The notes: generated by a model not told the origin, from the letters alone. DNA of 64,000 bases from Candidatus Altiarchaeota archaeon (GCA_041306075.1 JBFYKH010000027.1:4226-68225), one strand, 5' to 3'. Positions 35,609 to 44,989 are shown, counted from the first letter of the stretch. A program made the numbers and translations.

Positions 35609-38233
35609 ATGAGGGTTTTGTGGCTGTGTCTGGCATTGATTGCGCTCGCCTGCGGCTGCATCTATACGCAGGGGGGCGACGCCCCGGCCGAGACCATCCC
35701 CAGCCCGGGCGTTACGACGACCGTCCGGGCGCCTGAGACGACGGTGCCGGCGCCCGCGAGCACGATCGGGCCAGTCGCCGCCAAAGACTCCGCCCCGGAT
35801 TTCTCAGGATACTATGCGTACAGTAAACCGGCGTATTCGCCGAAGGTGCCGGGATACGCCCTGCCCCTGACGCCGTCCGGGATAGCGAACTACGATGATG
35901 TGAAGCCCAAGCTTCTGCTCACGGACGACGCCCGCCTGCTGGCGAACGGCTTCGCCGTAGTCCGGAACCCGTACGACCCCGCCGAGGAGGACATAACGGC
36001 CATGTACAAGAGTCTCAAGGACGACGGGGTGCCGGTGTTCGTGACCGCCGACAGCCTCCTCCACCTTTACCACATACAGTTCGACGAGTCGCTCAGGCGA
36101 ATCGAGGAGAGGCAGTTCTACGACATGGCTTGGAACCTCTCCAGGCGGCTCGCGGACGCGAACATCAGGGGCTACGGTTCCGCGTCGGGCGAGGAGAAGG
36201 AGGCCTACAGGAGGAACATCGCATACTTCACCGTGGCCTTGAGCCTCCTGGAGCCGAAGGCCGGCCAGTACTGCGAGGATGGCGACTGGGAGTGCCGCGG
36301 CTCAGGGGAGAGATTCGACAGGGCAGAGTACGAAAAATACGCCCTGAGGGGCTACCCATGCTGCATATCGGATAGCAGGGAGGTGAAGTGCGAGGCGTGC
36401 GAGTACCCGGTGCAGGGCGACGTGAACTGGGAGCTTGCGCTCATCCGCGCCCACGAAGGCTTTGGCGAGTCGCCGATTTTCGCCTACAAGGAGGACTACA
36501 GCCAGTACCTGCCGCGCGGCCACTACACGAGGAGCGAGAAGCTGAGGAACTACTTCATGGCGATGATGTGGTACGGGAGGATGAGCTTCCTCCTGAAGGG
36601 GAGCGACATAGTCTCCGGGGAGGATGCGAGGATACAGACCCGGCAGGCGAGCCTCATCGCATCGCAGCTTTCGAACGACCCTGAGGCCAAAGCCATGTGG
36701 GACAGGATATACGGCGTCACAGCCTTCTACGTCGGATTCTCAGACGACCTCGGCCCCTACGAGTACAGGGAGGCGGCGAACAATGTGTTCGGCGGCCGGG
36801 CGGACCTGTCCGGGGACGGCTACGCGAAATTGAAGGCCGAGCTCGCCGCTTACAGAAGCCCGAGGATATACGGGGGCACGGGCGACTGCCTCATCATGCC
36901 GCCCTTCAAGCCCGATGACGCGGACAAATGCCTCGAGTCTACGAAGGGCTTCAGGCTCATGGGCCAGAGGTTCATCCCGGACAGCTACATGTTCTCCGAA
37001 CTGGTCTTCCCCTACACCGGCAGATACACGGGAGAAGGCGGCGCCTTCACGGCCTGCATGACCGATGCAGGCGTAGTCAGATGCTTCCCCCGCGGCCTCG
37101 ACGCGATGGCCCTCCTAGGCTCGAAGAGGGCGGCGGACATACTCGTTGAGTCGGGGGACGCCGACTATGCGAACTACTCTGGCGTTTACTCGGCGCTTGA
37201 CGTGGAGTTCGGCAGCTTCACGGAGGCCGAGTGGAACAGGAACCTGTACTGGAGCTGGCTTTACGCCCTGAAGCCGCTCCTGGCCGAGTACGGAGAAGGA
37301 TACCCGACGTTCATGCAGTCGGAGGCGTGGCAGGAGAAGGAGCTGACGACGGCCCTGGCCTCGTGGACGGAGCTCAGGCACGACACGATACTTTACGCGA
37401 AGCAGAGCTACACCATGAGGGCGACTGGCATGCCGTACATCCCCCCCGAGAAGCCGGTGGTCGGCTACGTGGAGCCCCTGCCAGAGTTCTACGGGAGGCT
37501 CCTGGCGCTCTCGAAGATGACGGACAGGGGGCTCACGGAGATGGGCGTCCTCGACGGGGAGGCGAAGGGCAGGCTGGAGAGGCTCGAGGGCATACTCGCG
37601 AGGCTGCAGGATATCTCAGTCGACGAGCTCGAGGACAGGGAGCTCACCGAGGACGACTACGCGTTCATCAAAAACTTCGGCGAAGGGCTGAACGGCGTCA
37701 TAGCCGACGTCGACGAGAAGGCGAAGAAGACGACGATAGTCGCGGACGTCCACACCGACTCGAACACCCTGAGCGTCCTGGAGGAGGGCGTCGGCTACGT
37801 CGACATGATGCTTGTCGCCTACAGGGTGCCCGACGGCAGGGTGCTCCTCGGGGCCGGCCCCGTCTTCTCGTACTACGAGTTCAAGCAGCCGATGGCCGAC
37901 AGGCTCACGGACGAGAAGTGGAGGGAGATTCTAGCATCCGACCCGCCGTCCAGGCCGGAGTGGCTGATGGAGGGGGATGCGGGCGGAACAGCCGGGGGCG
38001 AATGCTCCTCCGACCAGGACTGCGCCAGGGGCGGCTGCTCCGGCACCGTCTGCGCCGCCAAGGAAGAGGCAGCGGACACAATCACCACCTGTGAATGGCG
38101 GCCGCAGTACGAGTGCTACAGGACGGCGAAGTGCGGCTGCTTCGACGGCAGGTGCGGGTGGCTGCAGACGGGGGAGTTCCAGTCATGCCTTGCAGGAAAA
38201 GGCGTTCGCATGCGCGAGCCGGAGGGCGCCTGA
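35609..38233 (+). CDS. secreted lipoprotein, DUF3160-like, with C-terminal Cys-rich module
   Basis: MRVLWLCLALIALACGC (lipobox-like) followed by a TTVPAPAST linker; ~800-aa domain; C-terminal GECSSDQDCARGGCSGTVC...CEWRPQYECYRTAKCGCFDGRCGW (10 Cys). Confidence 0.5.
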   Translation: MRVLWLCLALIALACGCIYTQGGDAPAETIPSPGVTTTVRAPETTVPAPASTIGPVAAKDSAPDFSGYYAYSKPAYSPKVPGYALPLTPSGIANYDDVKPKLLLTDDARLLANGFAVVRNPYDPAEEDITAMYKSLKDDGVPVFVTADSLLHLYHIQFDESLRRIEERQFYDMAWNLSRRLADANIRGYGSASGEEKEAYRRNIAYFTVALSLLEPKAGQYCEDGDWECRGSGERFDRAEYEKYALRGYPCCISDSREVKCEACEYPVQGDVNWELALIRAHEGFGESPIFAYKEDYSQYLPRGHYTRSEKLRNYFMAMMWYGRMSFLLKGSDIVSGEDARIQTRQASLIASQLSNDPEAKAMWDRIYGVTAFYVGFSDDLGPYEYREAANNVFGGRADLSGDGYAKLKAELAAYRSPRIYGGTGDCLIMPPFKPDDADKCLESTKGFRLMGQRFIPDSYMFSELVFPYTGRYTGEGGAFTACMTDAGVVRCFPRGLDAMALLGSKRAADILVESGDADYANYSGVYSALDVEFGSFTEAEWNRNLYWSWLYALKPLLAEYGEGYPTFMQSEAWQEKELTTALASWTELRHDTILYAKQSYTMRATGMPYIPPEKPVVGYVEPLPEFYGRLLALSKMTDRGLTEMGVLDGEAKGRLERLEGILARLQDISVDELEDRELTEDDYAFIKNFGEGLNGVIADVDEKAKKTTIVADVHTDSNTLSVLEEGVGYVDMMLVAYRVPDGRVLLGAGPVFSYYEFKQPMADRLTDEKWREILASDPPSRPEWLMEGDAGGTAGGECSSDQDCARGGCSGTVCAAKEEAADTITTCEWRPQYECYRTAKCGCFDGRCGWLQTGEFQSCLAGKGVRMREPEGA

Positions 38234-38234
38234 G

Positions 38235-38993
38235 ATGGGAGACAAGATAACCCTCGACCGCGAGACGTTCAAGGCCCTGGCCGCTGACACCAGGGTCGAC
38301 ATACTGAAGAAGATTGCAGAGCGGAAGCTGACGCTCACGGACCTGTCCGGCGACATGGGGATGAGCCCCTCCACCATCAAGGAGCACCTGGACCGGCTCG
38401 TCGAAGTCGGCCTCATAGAGCCGGACGAGCGTGGGATGAAATGGAAGTACTACACGCTCACCGAGAAGGGCAGGAACATCGTGAGCCCGAACGAGACCAA
38501 GGTGTGGATACTCCTCGGGACCAGCCTGCTCATCATGTTCGGCGCCCTCCTGTCGACTGCGTGGCAGCTCGCCGGCGCCGGCGTCATGGAGTCCCGGGCC
38601 CCAGGCTCAGCCGAGGTTATAGTGCTCGCCGAGCCCCCGAGGACCGACCTCCTCTTGGCGGCGAGGAAGGATGCTGCTGCACTGGAGGCCGCGCCGAAAA
38701 TGCTCAGGTCCGCAAGCGGCGCCGGCACGGACGAGACGGGAGACTTGAGGCTAGAGGAGGCCCGGGAGACGGATGAAGCCAATGCGTCGGCGGAGGCCGT
38801 GCAACTGATGGTCGCCGCCGCGCCCGCAGGCGGCGGCGAATCCGCATCCGGAGTATACGCCGGCGAGGACAGGCTCCGCGCCCGGGATGGAGGCGGAAGC
38901 CCGGTGGTCGAGGCCATCGTCTTCCTCGCCTCAGCGACGGTGGCGCTAGCCTGCATCGTCCGCATATTCAAGGCAAGGGCGGTCAGCCTCTGA
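38235..38993 (+). CDS. ArsR-family HTH regulator fused to a TM segment and C-terminal tail
   Basis: MGDKITLDRETFKALAADTRVDILKKIAERKLTLTDLSGDMGMSPSTIKEHLDRLVEVGLIE (ArsR/SmtB wHTH); TM WILLGTSLLIMFGALLSTAW; second hydrophobic segment at the C-terminus. Confidence 0.6.
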   Translation: MGDKITLDRETFKALAADTRVDILKKIAERKLTLTDLSGDMGMSPSTIKEHLDRLVEVGLIEPDERGMKWKYYTLTEKGRNIVSPNETKVWILLGTSLLIMFGALLSTAWQLAGAGVMESRAPGSAEVIVLAEPPRTDLLLAARKDAAALEAAPKMLRSASGAGTDETGDLRLEEARETDEANASAEAVQLMVAAAPAGGGESASGVYAGEDRLRARDGGGSPVVEAIVFLASATVALACIVRIFKARAVSL

Positions 38994-39735
38994 CTACCGC
39001 CGACGCCCCCGGGTCGAACGGGTTCAGCCGCATCGCGAGCGAGAAAAGGTAGGGGTAGTTGTTCTTGAGGTGCCGCATGTACGCCGCCCACTCCACGACT
39101 ATGAGGCCGTAGACGCGTTTGACGTCGTTGTGTATGTGGTCCAGGTCCGCCTGCGGCAGCGACGACAGGTCCTCCCGGTTGTCGAGCTCCTCCGCCAGGT
39201 GGAACACCGCCTTCAGGAGGTCTGTGAACGTCTCGTGCTCTAGCAGGTTCGGGTTCTCGGACAGGCGCATCAGGAACTCCCTCTTCGAGTGGAGGTACGC
39301 CTTCATGACGCGCAAGTCCATGGCGCAGCGGTCTATGCCGTATTTGTAGGCCTTGAGCCTGCCGGCCATGCGCTCGAATTCGGCGTCGCTCCAAGTGTCC
39401 CGCACGAGAAGGTCCCGGCGTATGTCGCCGAGCTCCGGGTCGCATTCCGAGAACGTCCGCATCAGCTTCGTCCCCATCTCCGAGAAGAAGAGGCCGATGA
39501 CCATGTTCACCTTCTCGAGGCGGTCCCTGCGCTCCCGTTCAGCGAGGACGCGGTCCACGAGGAATGTCACCAGGAGGACCTGGATGGGCAGGAAGGCCAG
39601 GTCCTCGAGCGAGAATATCCCTATGTGGTGCGGGTCCCGGTACACGAGGTAGTGGGCCCCGTACAGGAGGACGGACGACGCAAGCAACGCGATGCCGAAC
39701 CGCACCTGCCAGTCCTGAGCCTTCAGAGAATCCAC
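38983..39735 (-). CDS. hypothetical membrane protein
   Basis: 250 aa; two N-terminal TM (FGIALLASSVLLYGAHYLVY..., FLPIQVLLVTFLV) plus a soluble domain; immediately downstream of the RP array. Confidence 0.4.
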   Translation of the reverse strand: MDSLKAQDWQVRFGIALLASSVLLYGAHYLVYRDPHHIGIFSLEDLAFLPIQVLLVTFLVDRVLAERERRDRLEKVNMVIGLFFSEMGTKLMRTFSECDPELGDIRRDLLVRDTWSDAEFERMAGRLKAYKYGIDRCAMDLRVMKAYLHSKREFLMRLSENPNLLEHETFTDLLKAVFHLAEELDNREDLSSLPQADLDHIHNDVKRVYGLIVVEWAAYMRHLKNNYPYLFSLAMRLNPFDPGASAVVRG

Positions 39736-39783
39736 CCAGGATATAATTGTCTCATGGCTTTTTAAACCGCTTCAAGGGAGGCG

Positions 39784-40515
39784 TCATCGCGCGAACCTCC
39801 TGAGAGGGGGGAGGGGGATGGCGTCGTCCCCCTGCCGCTCCAGCTGGAGTATCCTCCGGAGCCAGTTGTGGTCCTCGGCCAACTCGATGCCGCGGCCTCC
39901 GAGCCGCGCCTTCTCGGGCTCCGCCGACATGAGCCGCCAGTCCTCTTGCGAGAGCTCCGTCTCCACGCCGACGCTCCGCATGTTGTAGTGGAGGAGGAGT
40001 ATGCCGCGGCCGTAGCCCTTCGCCCGGTCGCTGGCGAGCTGCCCGGCCATGGCCTTACGGTCCTTCCCCGCGGCCTCGGCGTCCACGCCGAGCTCCGCCA
40101 GCCACCGGTGCATCTGCGCGATATTGTAGCCGGGATTCTTCGTGGAACGCAGCGAATCCAATGCCGAGAGCATGAGCCGGGCATCGTCCGCGGATGGTTT
40201 CCCGGCTAGGCCGACATGTTTCAAGTCGGCTAGCATGCCGGCGAGCGGGAAGCCTTCGCCGCGCGAGCGGTACCCGCCTGTGCACTCGGCGAACATCCTC
40301 CCGTCCCCTTCGGCTTTTGGGGCCTCGTGCCCCATCTCCGCCATGCATCGGAGAATCTTGGCCGCGCCGATGCCGTACCCGTCCTTCCTGCATCCGGCGA
40401 GGTTCTCCTCTACGGCGAGCTGGTCGTCCTGGGTGAACTCCAGGGCCTGGAACCTGAACGAGCCTGGCGGGTTCATGAGGGGCTGCATCCGGAAGCCTGC
40501 GAGCCTGACTGTCAT
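39784..40515 (-). CDS. RP family member 2 (last gene of 3-gene array)
   Basis: MTVRLAGFRMQPLMNPPG ... repeats (..LLLHYNMRSVGVETELSQEDWRLM..) ... IPLPPLRRFAR; start overlaps stop of member 3 (ATGA). Confidence 0.6.
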   Translation of the reverse strand: MTVRLAGFRMQPLMNPPGSFRFQALEFTQDDQLAVEENLAGCRKDGYGIGAAKILRCMAEMGHEAPKAEGDGRMFAECTGGYRSRGEGFPLAGMLADLKHVGLAGKPSADDARLMLSALDSLRSTKNPGYNIAQMHRWLAELGVDAEAAGKDRKAMAGQLASDRAKGYGRGILLLHYNMRSVGVETELSQEDWRLMSAEPEKARLGGRGIELAEDHNWLRRILQLERQGDDAIPLPPLRRFAR

Positions 40516-41276
40516 CGCCCATACCTCTTGAGGCCCGGCAGCGGGTGGCCGGCAGCCTCATCAACCCCCGGGTCCGCCCTCAACGTCCCCTGCAGGTAGT
40601 ATAGGAGCCCGACGACGATGAGGCCGTCTCCCTGCCGCCGCCTCTCCTCCAGTTCGCCGCGTATAAGCCCCAGGTCCGCTTCCGTCATCTCCGGCCTGTG
40701 GCCGAGCCCCCTGAGGGCCCAGTGAGTCCAGTTCAGGCTGTACGCGTCCCCCATCCTGCGCGACTCCTCAAGATGCGCCATCGTGAACGCGAGCCCGTCC
40801 TTGCCTAATGCTTCGTTGACTCCGAGGCCGCTGGCGTACACATGGGCGAGCGCCGTCTGCCCCCTCTGAACGAAATGGTTCCTCATCCCCAGGAAGCGCC
40901 GCGCCGCCGCCTTCTCCTCGCCCGACAGTTCGACGCCGATGCCGAGGTTGCGCATGTGCCAGGCGTACTGGAGGAGGCGGACAGGAGTCTGCTCGGCCGC
41001 CTTCCGTATGACCTCAAAGTCATCCACCGACCTCCGGACGTCCTCCTTCCCCGTGGGGACGGAGATGCCGACGCTGATTGCCCGGTCTAGGAGGGGGGCG
41101 TAATCTCCGCCTGCGGCCACACGCCCCGTCCCCGAGTCGGCCCTGAGATTATCGACTGCCGCCTCGATAATCTCCCTGTCAGACTGCGACGTCCGAGCCC
41201 ACTCCGTCAGGGAGTCGTCGAGCCTAGGTGGCTCAAGGAGGGGCTGACCCCTCAGGCCCTTAAGCCTGGGAGTCAT
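40512..41276 (-). CDS. RP family member 3
   Basis: MTPRLKGLRGQPLLEPP ... HPLPGLKRYGR; ATGA overlaps on both sides. Confidence 0.6.
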   Translation of the reverse strand: MTPRLKGLRGQPLLEPPRLDDSLTEWARTSQSDREIIEAAVDNLRADSGTGRVAAGGDYAPLLDRAISVGISVPTGKEDVRRSVDDFEVIRKAAEQTPVRLLQYAWHMRNLGIGVELSGEEKAAARRFLGMRNHFVQRGQTALAHVYASGLGVNEALGKDGLAFTMAHLEESRRMGDAYSLNWTHWALRGLGHRPEMTEADLGLIRGELEERRRQGDGLIVVGLLYYLQGTLRADPGVDEAAGHPLPGLKRYGR

Positions 41277-42004
41277 CTTTGGAACCTCTTCAGCCCCGGA
41301 AAGGGAGGCGCATCGCGAGCCCTGGGCTCTGGTAAAGTGTCCTTGAGGTGGTGAAGCATCGCCGCCACCGTCCAGCCGTCTCCGTGCTCCCTAGCGTAGT
41401 CCAGGGAGAACCTGGCGGCATGCAGGTCCTTTTCCGTGAATTCGCATCCCATCCCCAGCCGCTTCATCAGGTAGTGCATCTCCGCTATGGATTCTCCGCT
41501 GGCCGCGCCGACGCCCTCGCCCCTAGCCTTGGAGAGCTTGCATGCGATTATGGCCCGGTCAGCGGCTTCCACACCCGCCTTGCCGGTCAGAATCTTCCTT
41601 GCGTCCAGCAGGTTGGCGAGGAACCAGCCGTCCCCCGCCTGGCGCGCGGACAACACCCGGCCGTCCAGCGTCTTAAGGACCTTCGCCCCATGGGGGCTGC
41701 CGTCCAGGCCGACGCCCTTCATCTTCGCGAGCACGAGGGGCTTGAATTCCCCGGAGCCGGCCGCATCGTCCGAAAGGAGCCCCCGCATCAAGGCGAGGTC
41801 AGAGTCCGTCACCTCCTCCGGGCTGCCGATGCCCCGGAGGTGGCGGTGGAGGGCCGTCAACTCCATGGCGTGCCCGTCCTTACGGGCGTAGTCGAGAGAC
41901 CTTTTGATGAGCTGCATGTCAGATTCCGCGGCGACCCGCCAGCCCTCGTACTCGCCTGGCTCCGTGAGGAGAGGCTGGGCCCTGAGCTTCCGGAGTGCGG
42001 GCAT
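41273..42004 (-). CDS. RP family member 4 (first gene of 3-gene array)
   Basis: MPALRKLRAQPLLTEPG ... IAEMHYLMKRLGMGCEFTEKD ... PPFPGLKRFQR. Confidence 0.6.
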   Translation of the reverse strand: MPALRKLRAQPLLTEPGEYEGWRVAAESDMQLIKRSLDYARKDGHAMELTALHRHLRGIGSPEEVTDSDLALMRGLLSDDAAGSGEFKPLVLAKMKGVGLDGSPHGAKVLKTLDGRVLSARQAGDGWFLANLLDARKILTGKAGVEAADRAIIACKLSKARGEGVGAASGESIAEMHYLMKRLGMGCEFTEKDLHAARFSLDYAREHGDGWTVAAMLHHLKDTLPEPRARDAPPFPGLKRFQR

Positions 42005-42034
42005 GTAGTATTCTCGGCAGGAGACGGTTATAAG

Positions 42035-43174
42035 TCAGGCGGTGAGGTATTCCAGCTCCTCGTCCTCGAGGCGGAAGCGCTCCTGAAGCCCGCCCGGGTC
42101 GACCTTCCCTTTCGAAAGGAGCGTCCGGTAGAGGGGTATGTAGTCCCTGGCAAAGGACTTTGCGGACGCGTGCAATTCCGGCCCCATCTTCCCTGCGATG
42201 GACTTCTCGAGGTTGCGGTCCCCCTTCGTCCTGCCCATCGCGGCGAAGAAGCCCGGGAACATGTACTGGGTGAAGTTGATTTTCGCCGGCCGCATCACGT
42301 TCACCCCCGCCGTCATCAGCGCGTTCGCGTACCTGAGGAAACCCCAGTGCTGCCTGCGCATTATCCGGCCTAGGAAGACGTCGGCGCGGGAGAGGCTCCC
42401 GTACGCGCCGGCGATGGCCTCCCTGTCGTTGTAGAGCCTTGGCGTGTTCTCCTCCACCCACCAGATTATGTCCCTCGGCTGCTCGCTCAGGCCCCAGGTG
42501 GACTCCACCACCTCCCTGAGGTCGCGGCCGCCGAAGATGATGCTGAGCGCCCGGTATATGTCGCCGCCCCTGTCGCGCTCCGCCAGGACGCCTTCCATGT
42601 CCCGCTCGGACACGTTCTTCTTGCCTTGGCAGAGTGTCTCGAGGTCCGAGAGCGCCGCCCTCACGTCGCCGCCCGCGTTCTTCGCTATCTTTTCCAGGAC
42701 CGGCTTCTCCACCCGGACGCCCTCGCTTTCCGCCACCGACTGCATGTGCTTCACGAGCGACGCTGGCAGCGGCCTCCTGAGCTGCAGGAGCTGGCACTTC
42801 CGCTTCAGGGTCGCGAGCCTCTTGTTGGAGGGGTCGTCCGTCGTCAGGATGAGAGGGTTCTTCGCACCCTCGACGAGGGCGCCGACCGACTTGATGTCCT
42901 TCACCGACTCCACGCCCTCTATGAGAAGCATCCTCCTGCCGCCGAAGAGGCTGCCTGTGTTCGCCGCAGCCTCCGACCGCTTGGCGTCGCCGCCGTCGGA
43001 CTCCACGACCTCCCAACCCCGCTCCGCCGCCAGGAGGCGGGCGAGCAGCGTCTTGCCCGTGCCCGTGGGGCCGGCTATGATGAGGGGCCTGCCGTCCCAC
43101 TTCCTCGCCTCCTCCACGGCCGCCTTCCCGATGAATCCGTCAAGGCTCCCGGGCCGGTGCTTGAGCTGCCACAT
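42035..43174 (-). CDS. rfcL: replication factor C large subunit-like AAA+ clamp loader
   Basis: MWQLKHRPGSLDGFIG...LIIAGPTGTGKT (Walker A), PLILTTDD (sensor 1), GGDVRAALSDLETL (RFC GDxR motif); the Walker B region LLIEGVE is atypical. Confidence 0.55.
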   Translation of the reverse strand: MWQLKHRPGSLDGFIGKAAVEEARKWDGRPLIIAGPTGTGKTLLARLLAAERGWEVVESDGGDAKRSEAAANTGSLFGGRRMLLIEGVESVKDIKSVGALVEGAKNPLILTTDDPSNKRLATLKRKCQLLQLRRPLPASLVKHMQSVAESEGVRVEKPVLEKIAKNAGGDVRAALSDLETLCQGKKNVSERDMEGVLAERDRGGDIYRALSIIFGGRDLREVVESTWGLSEQPRDIIWWVEENTPRLYNDREAIAGAYGSLSRADVFLGRIMRRQHWGFLRYANALMTAGVNVMRPAKINFTQYMFPGFFAAMGRTKGDRNLEKSIAGKMGPELHASAKSFARDYIPLYRTLLSKGKVDPGGLQERFRLEDEELEYLTA

Positions 43175-43210
43175 CCCGGTACATATTAACCGCCTAATGT
43201 TAAAGTAAAC

Positions 43211-44404
43211 ATGATGTCAGGAAAGGTCGTGAGGGACCCCATACACGGCAACATAGGCCTGGAGAGCCCGTACCTGGAGCTCGTGGACGCGCGGGAGTTC
43301 CAGAGGCTCAGGGGGATAAAGCAGAACGGCCTCTGCTACCTCGTCTACCCGGCTATGAACTCCACACGCTTTGAGCACTCGCTCGGCGCATACCATCTCG
43401 GCGGACTCGTGTCCGGTAAGCTCGCGCTGAAGGACAGGGACCAGCGCCTCCTCAGGGCGGCATGCCTCCTACACGACATCGGGCACGGCCCCTTCAGCCA
43501 CACGTTCGACGGGCTCTTCCAGGAGCACGGCCTCGACCACGAGGACGAGTCCTGCAGGCTCATCGCGAAGACCGGCCTGTCGGACGTGCTCGAGGACGCG
43601 GGGATATCGCGGGCGAGGGTGACCGAGCTCATCAAGGGGGAGGGCAGGCTCGGGAAGCTCCTGTCCAGCGAGGTGGACGTCGACAAGATGGACTACCTCG
43701 TACGGGACGCCTACTACGCCGGCGTCGCCTACGGGGTCACGGACGTGGAGAGGCTCCTCGACAGCATAGTCCTCGACGGCGACGACGTCGTGGTCGAGTA
43801 CGGGGGCCTCGAGGCCGCTGAGTCGCTCCTCATCAACAGGAACCTGATGTACCAGACCGTCTACAGGCACCACACGAAGAGGATTGCGGAGGCTATGCTC
43901 CGGCACGCCGTCGACCGGCTCGTGGAGTCCGGGACCCGGGTGCAGGACATCTTCAGGATGGACGACACGGAGCTCGTCCACCTCATGCGCTCAAGCCGCG
44001 GGTACGTGAAGGACATGATGGAGAGGATTGAGGGCAGGACGCTCTTCAAGACAGTCTTCACCGAGCCGCTCGCCCAGCTCACCGAGGACGGCCGCGACGA
44101 GATAGTCGACAACAGGGCCGCGATAGAGGAGAAAATCGCCAGGGACCTGAAGGTGAAGCGGGGCTACCTGATGCTCGACTACCCGGAGGCGAGCATGAGC
44201 GAGTACAGGGTGAAGGTGAAGACCCCCCGGGGCCTCAAGAGCATAGGGGAGGTCTCCGCGCTCGCCAAAAGCCTGGAGTCCAGCGAGACCGAGAAGCTCG
44301 CGCTCAGCATATACGCGCGGCCCGAGGACAGGGGCAAGTTCAGGAGCTTCAGGCCCGAACGGTACTTCGCGTACACGCAGATGAAGATAAGCGGCTACGT
44401 CTGA
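43211..44404 (+). CDS. HD-domain phosphohydrolase (dGTPase/SAMHD1-like)
   Basis: VRDPIHGNIGL...EFQRLRGIKQNGLCYLVYPAMNSTRFEHSLGAYHL...LLHDIGHGPFSH...VDKMDYLVRD. Confidence 0.65.
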   Translation: MMSGKVVRDPIHGNIGLESPYLELVDAREFQRLRGIKQNGLCYLVYPAMNSTRFEHSLGAYHLGGLVSGKLALKDRDQRLLRAACLLHDIGHGPFSHTFDGLFQEHGLDHEDESCRLIAKTGLSDVLEDAGISRARVTELIKGEGRLGKLLSSEVDVDKMDYLVRDAYYAGVAYGVTDVERLLDSIVLDGDDVVVEYGGLEAAESLLINRNLMYQTVYRHHTKRIAEAMLRHAVDRLVESGTRVQDIFRMDDTELVHLMRSSRGYVKDMMERIEGRTLFKTVFTEPLAQLTEDGRDEIVDNRAAIEEKIARDLKVKRGYLMLDYPEASMSEYRVKVKTPRGLKSIGEVSALAKSLESSETEKLALSIYARPEDRGKFRSFRPERYFAYTQMKISGYV

Positions 44405-44958
44405 AACAGCTTCGAGGCCAGGGACTGTATCTCCGCCTGGACCTCCCCCTCGGGGCGGGAGGAGTCGACGTGGGTCATCCGCCTGAACTTCCCGTACTCC
44501 ACCTTCACCTTCCTGAGGAAGTCCTCGCGCTCGAATATCTCGTTAGACTTCGCCCTCTTCGCGGCCTCGGCCGGGTCCACGTCCAGGTAGACGACGAGGT
44601 CCGGGGAGAGCGCGAACATGTTCATCCCCATCAGCCACGCCCTGTCCACGCCCTGCGCGGACTGGTACGCTATCGTCGAATAGTAGTATCTCTCGCAGAC
44701 GACGTCCCTGCCGGCCTCGGCGGCCGAGCGTATCTCGTTCACATGCTCCACCCGGTCCGCGGTGAACAGGAGGGCGAGCGTCTTCGGGTCCGCCTTCACG
44801 CCGCCGGATAGTATCTCGCGTATCAGCTGGCCTATCCTTCCCTTCGTCGGCTCCGCGGTCAATAGGACGTCGCGGCCCTTCTCCTTCAGCCAGTCGGAAA
44901 GCAGCCTCGCATGCGTCGACTTCCCGCACCCGTCGAGGCCCTCGAGGACGACGAACAT
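44395..44958 (-). CDS. tmk: thymidylate kinase
   Basis: MFVVLEGLDGCGKSTHARLLSDWL (P-loop), AEPT, lid ...RA; the longer ORF start (MLNMFVV) is also possible. Confidence 0.8.
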   Translation of the reverse strand: MFVVLEGLDGCGKSTHARLLSDWLKEKGRDVLLTAEPTKGRIGQLIREILSGGVKADPKTLALLFTADRVEHVNEIRSAAEAGRDVVCERYYYSTIAYQSAQGVDRAWLMGMNMFALSPDLVVYLDVDPAEAAKRAKSNEIFEREDFLRKVKVEYGKFRRMTHVDSSRPEGEVQAEIQSLASKLFQT

Positions 44959-44989
44959 GTTTAACAATCAGCGGGCGATAATTAAAGCG

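Noticed and set aside
42035-44404. Interpreting the RfcL-like AAA+ / HD-hydrolase / tmk neighbourhood as a dNTP-depletion antiviral defence island
   Set aside because: The AAA+ protein carries specific RFC large-subunit motifs and tmk/rtcA/map are core housekeeping genes; the context looks chromosomal rather than a defence island. The atypical Walker B is recorded as a finding instead.
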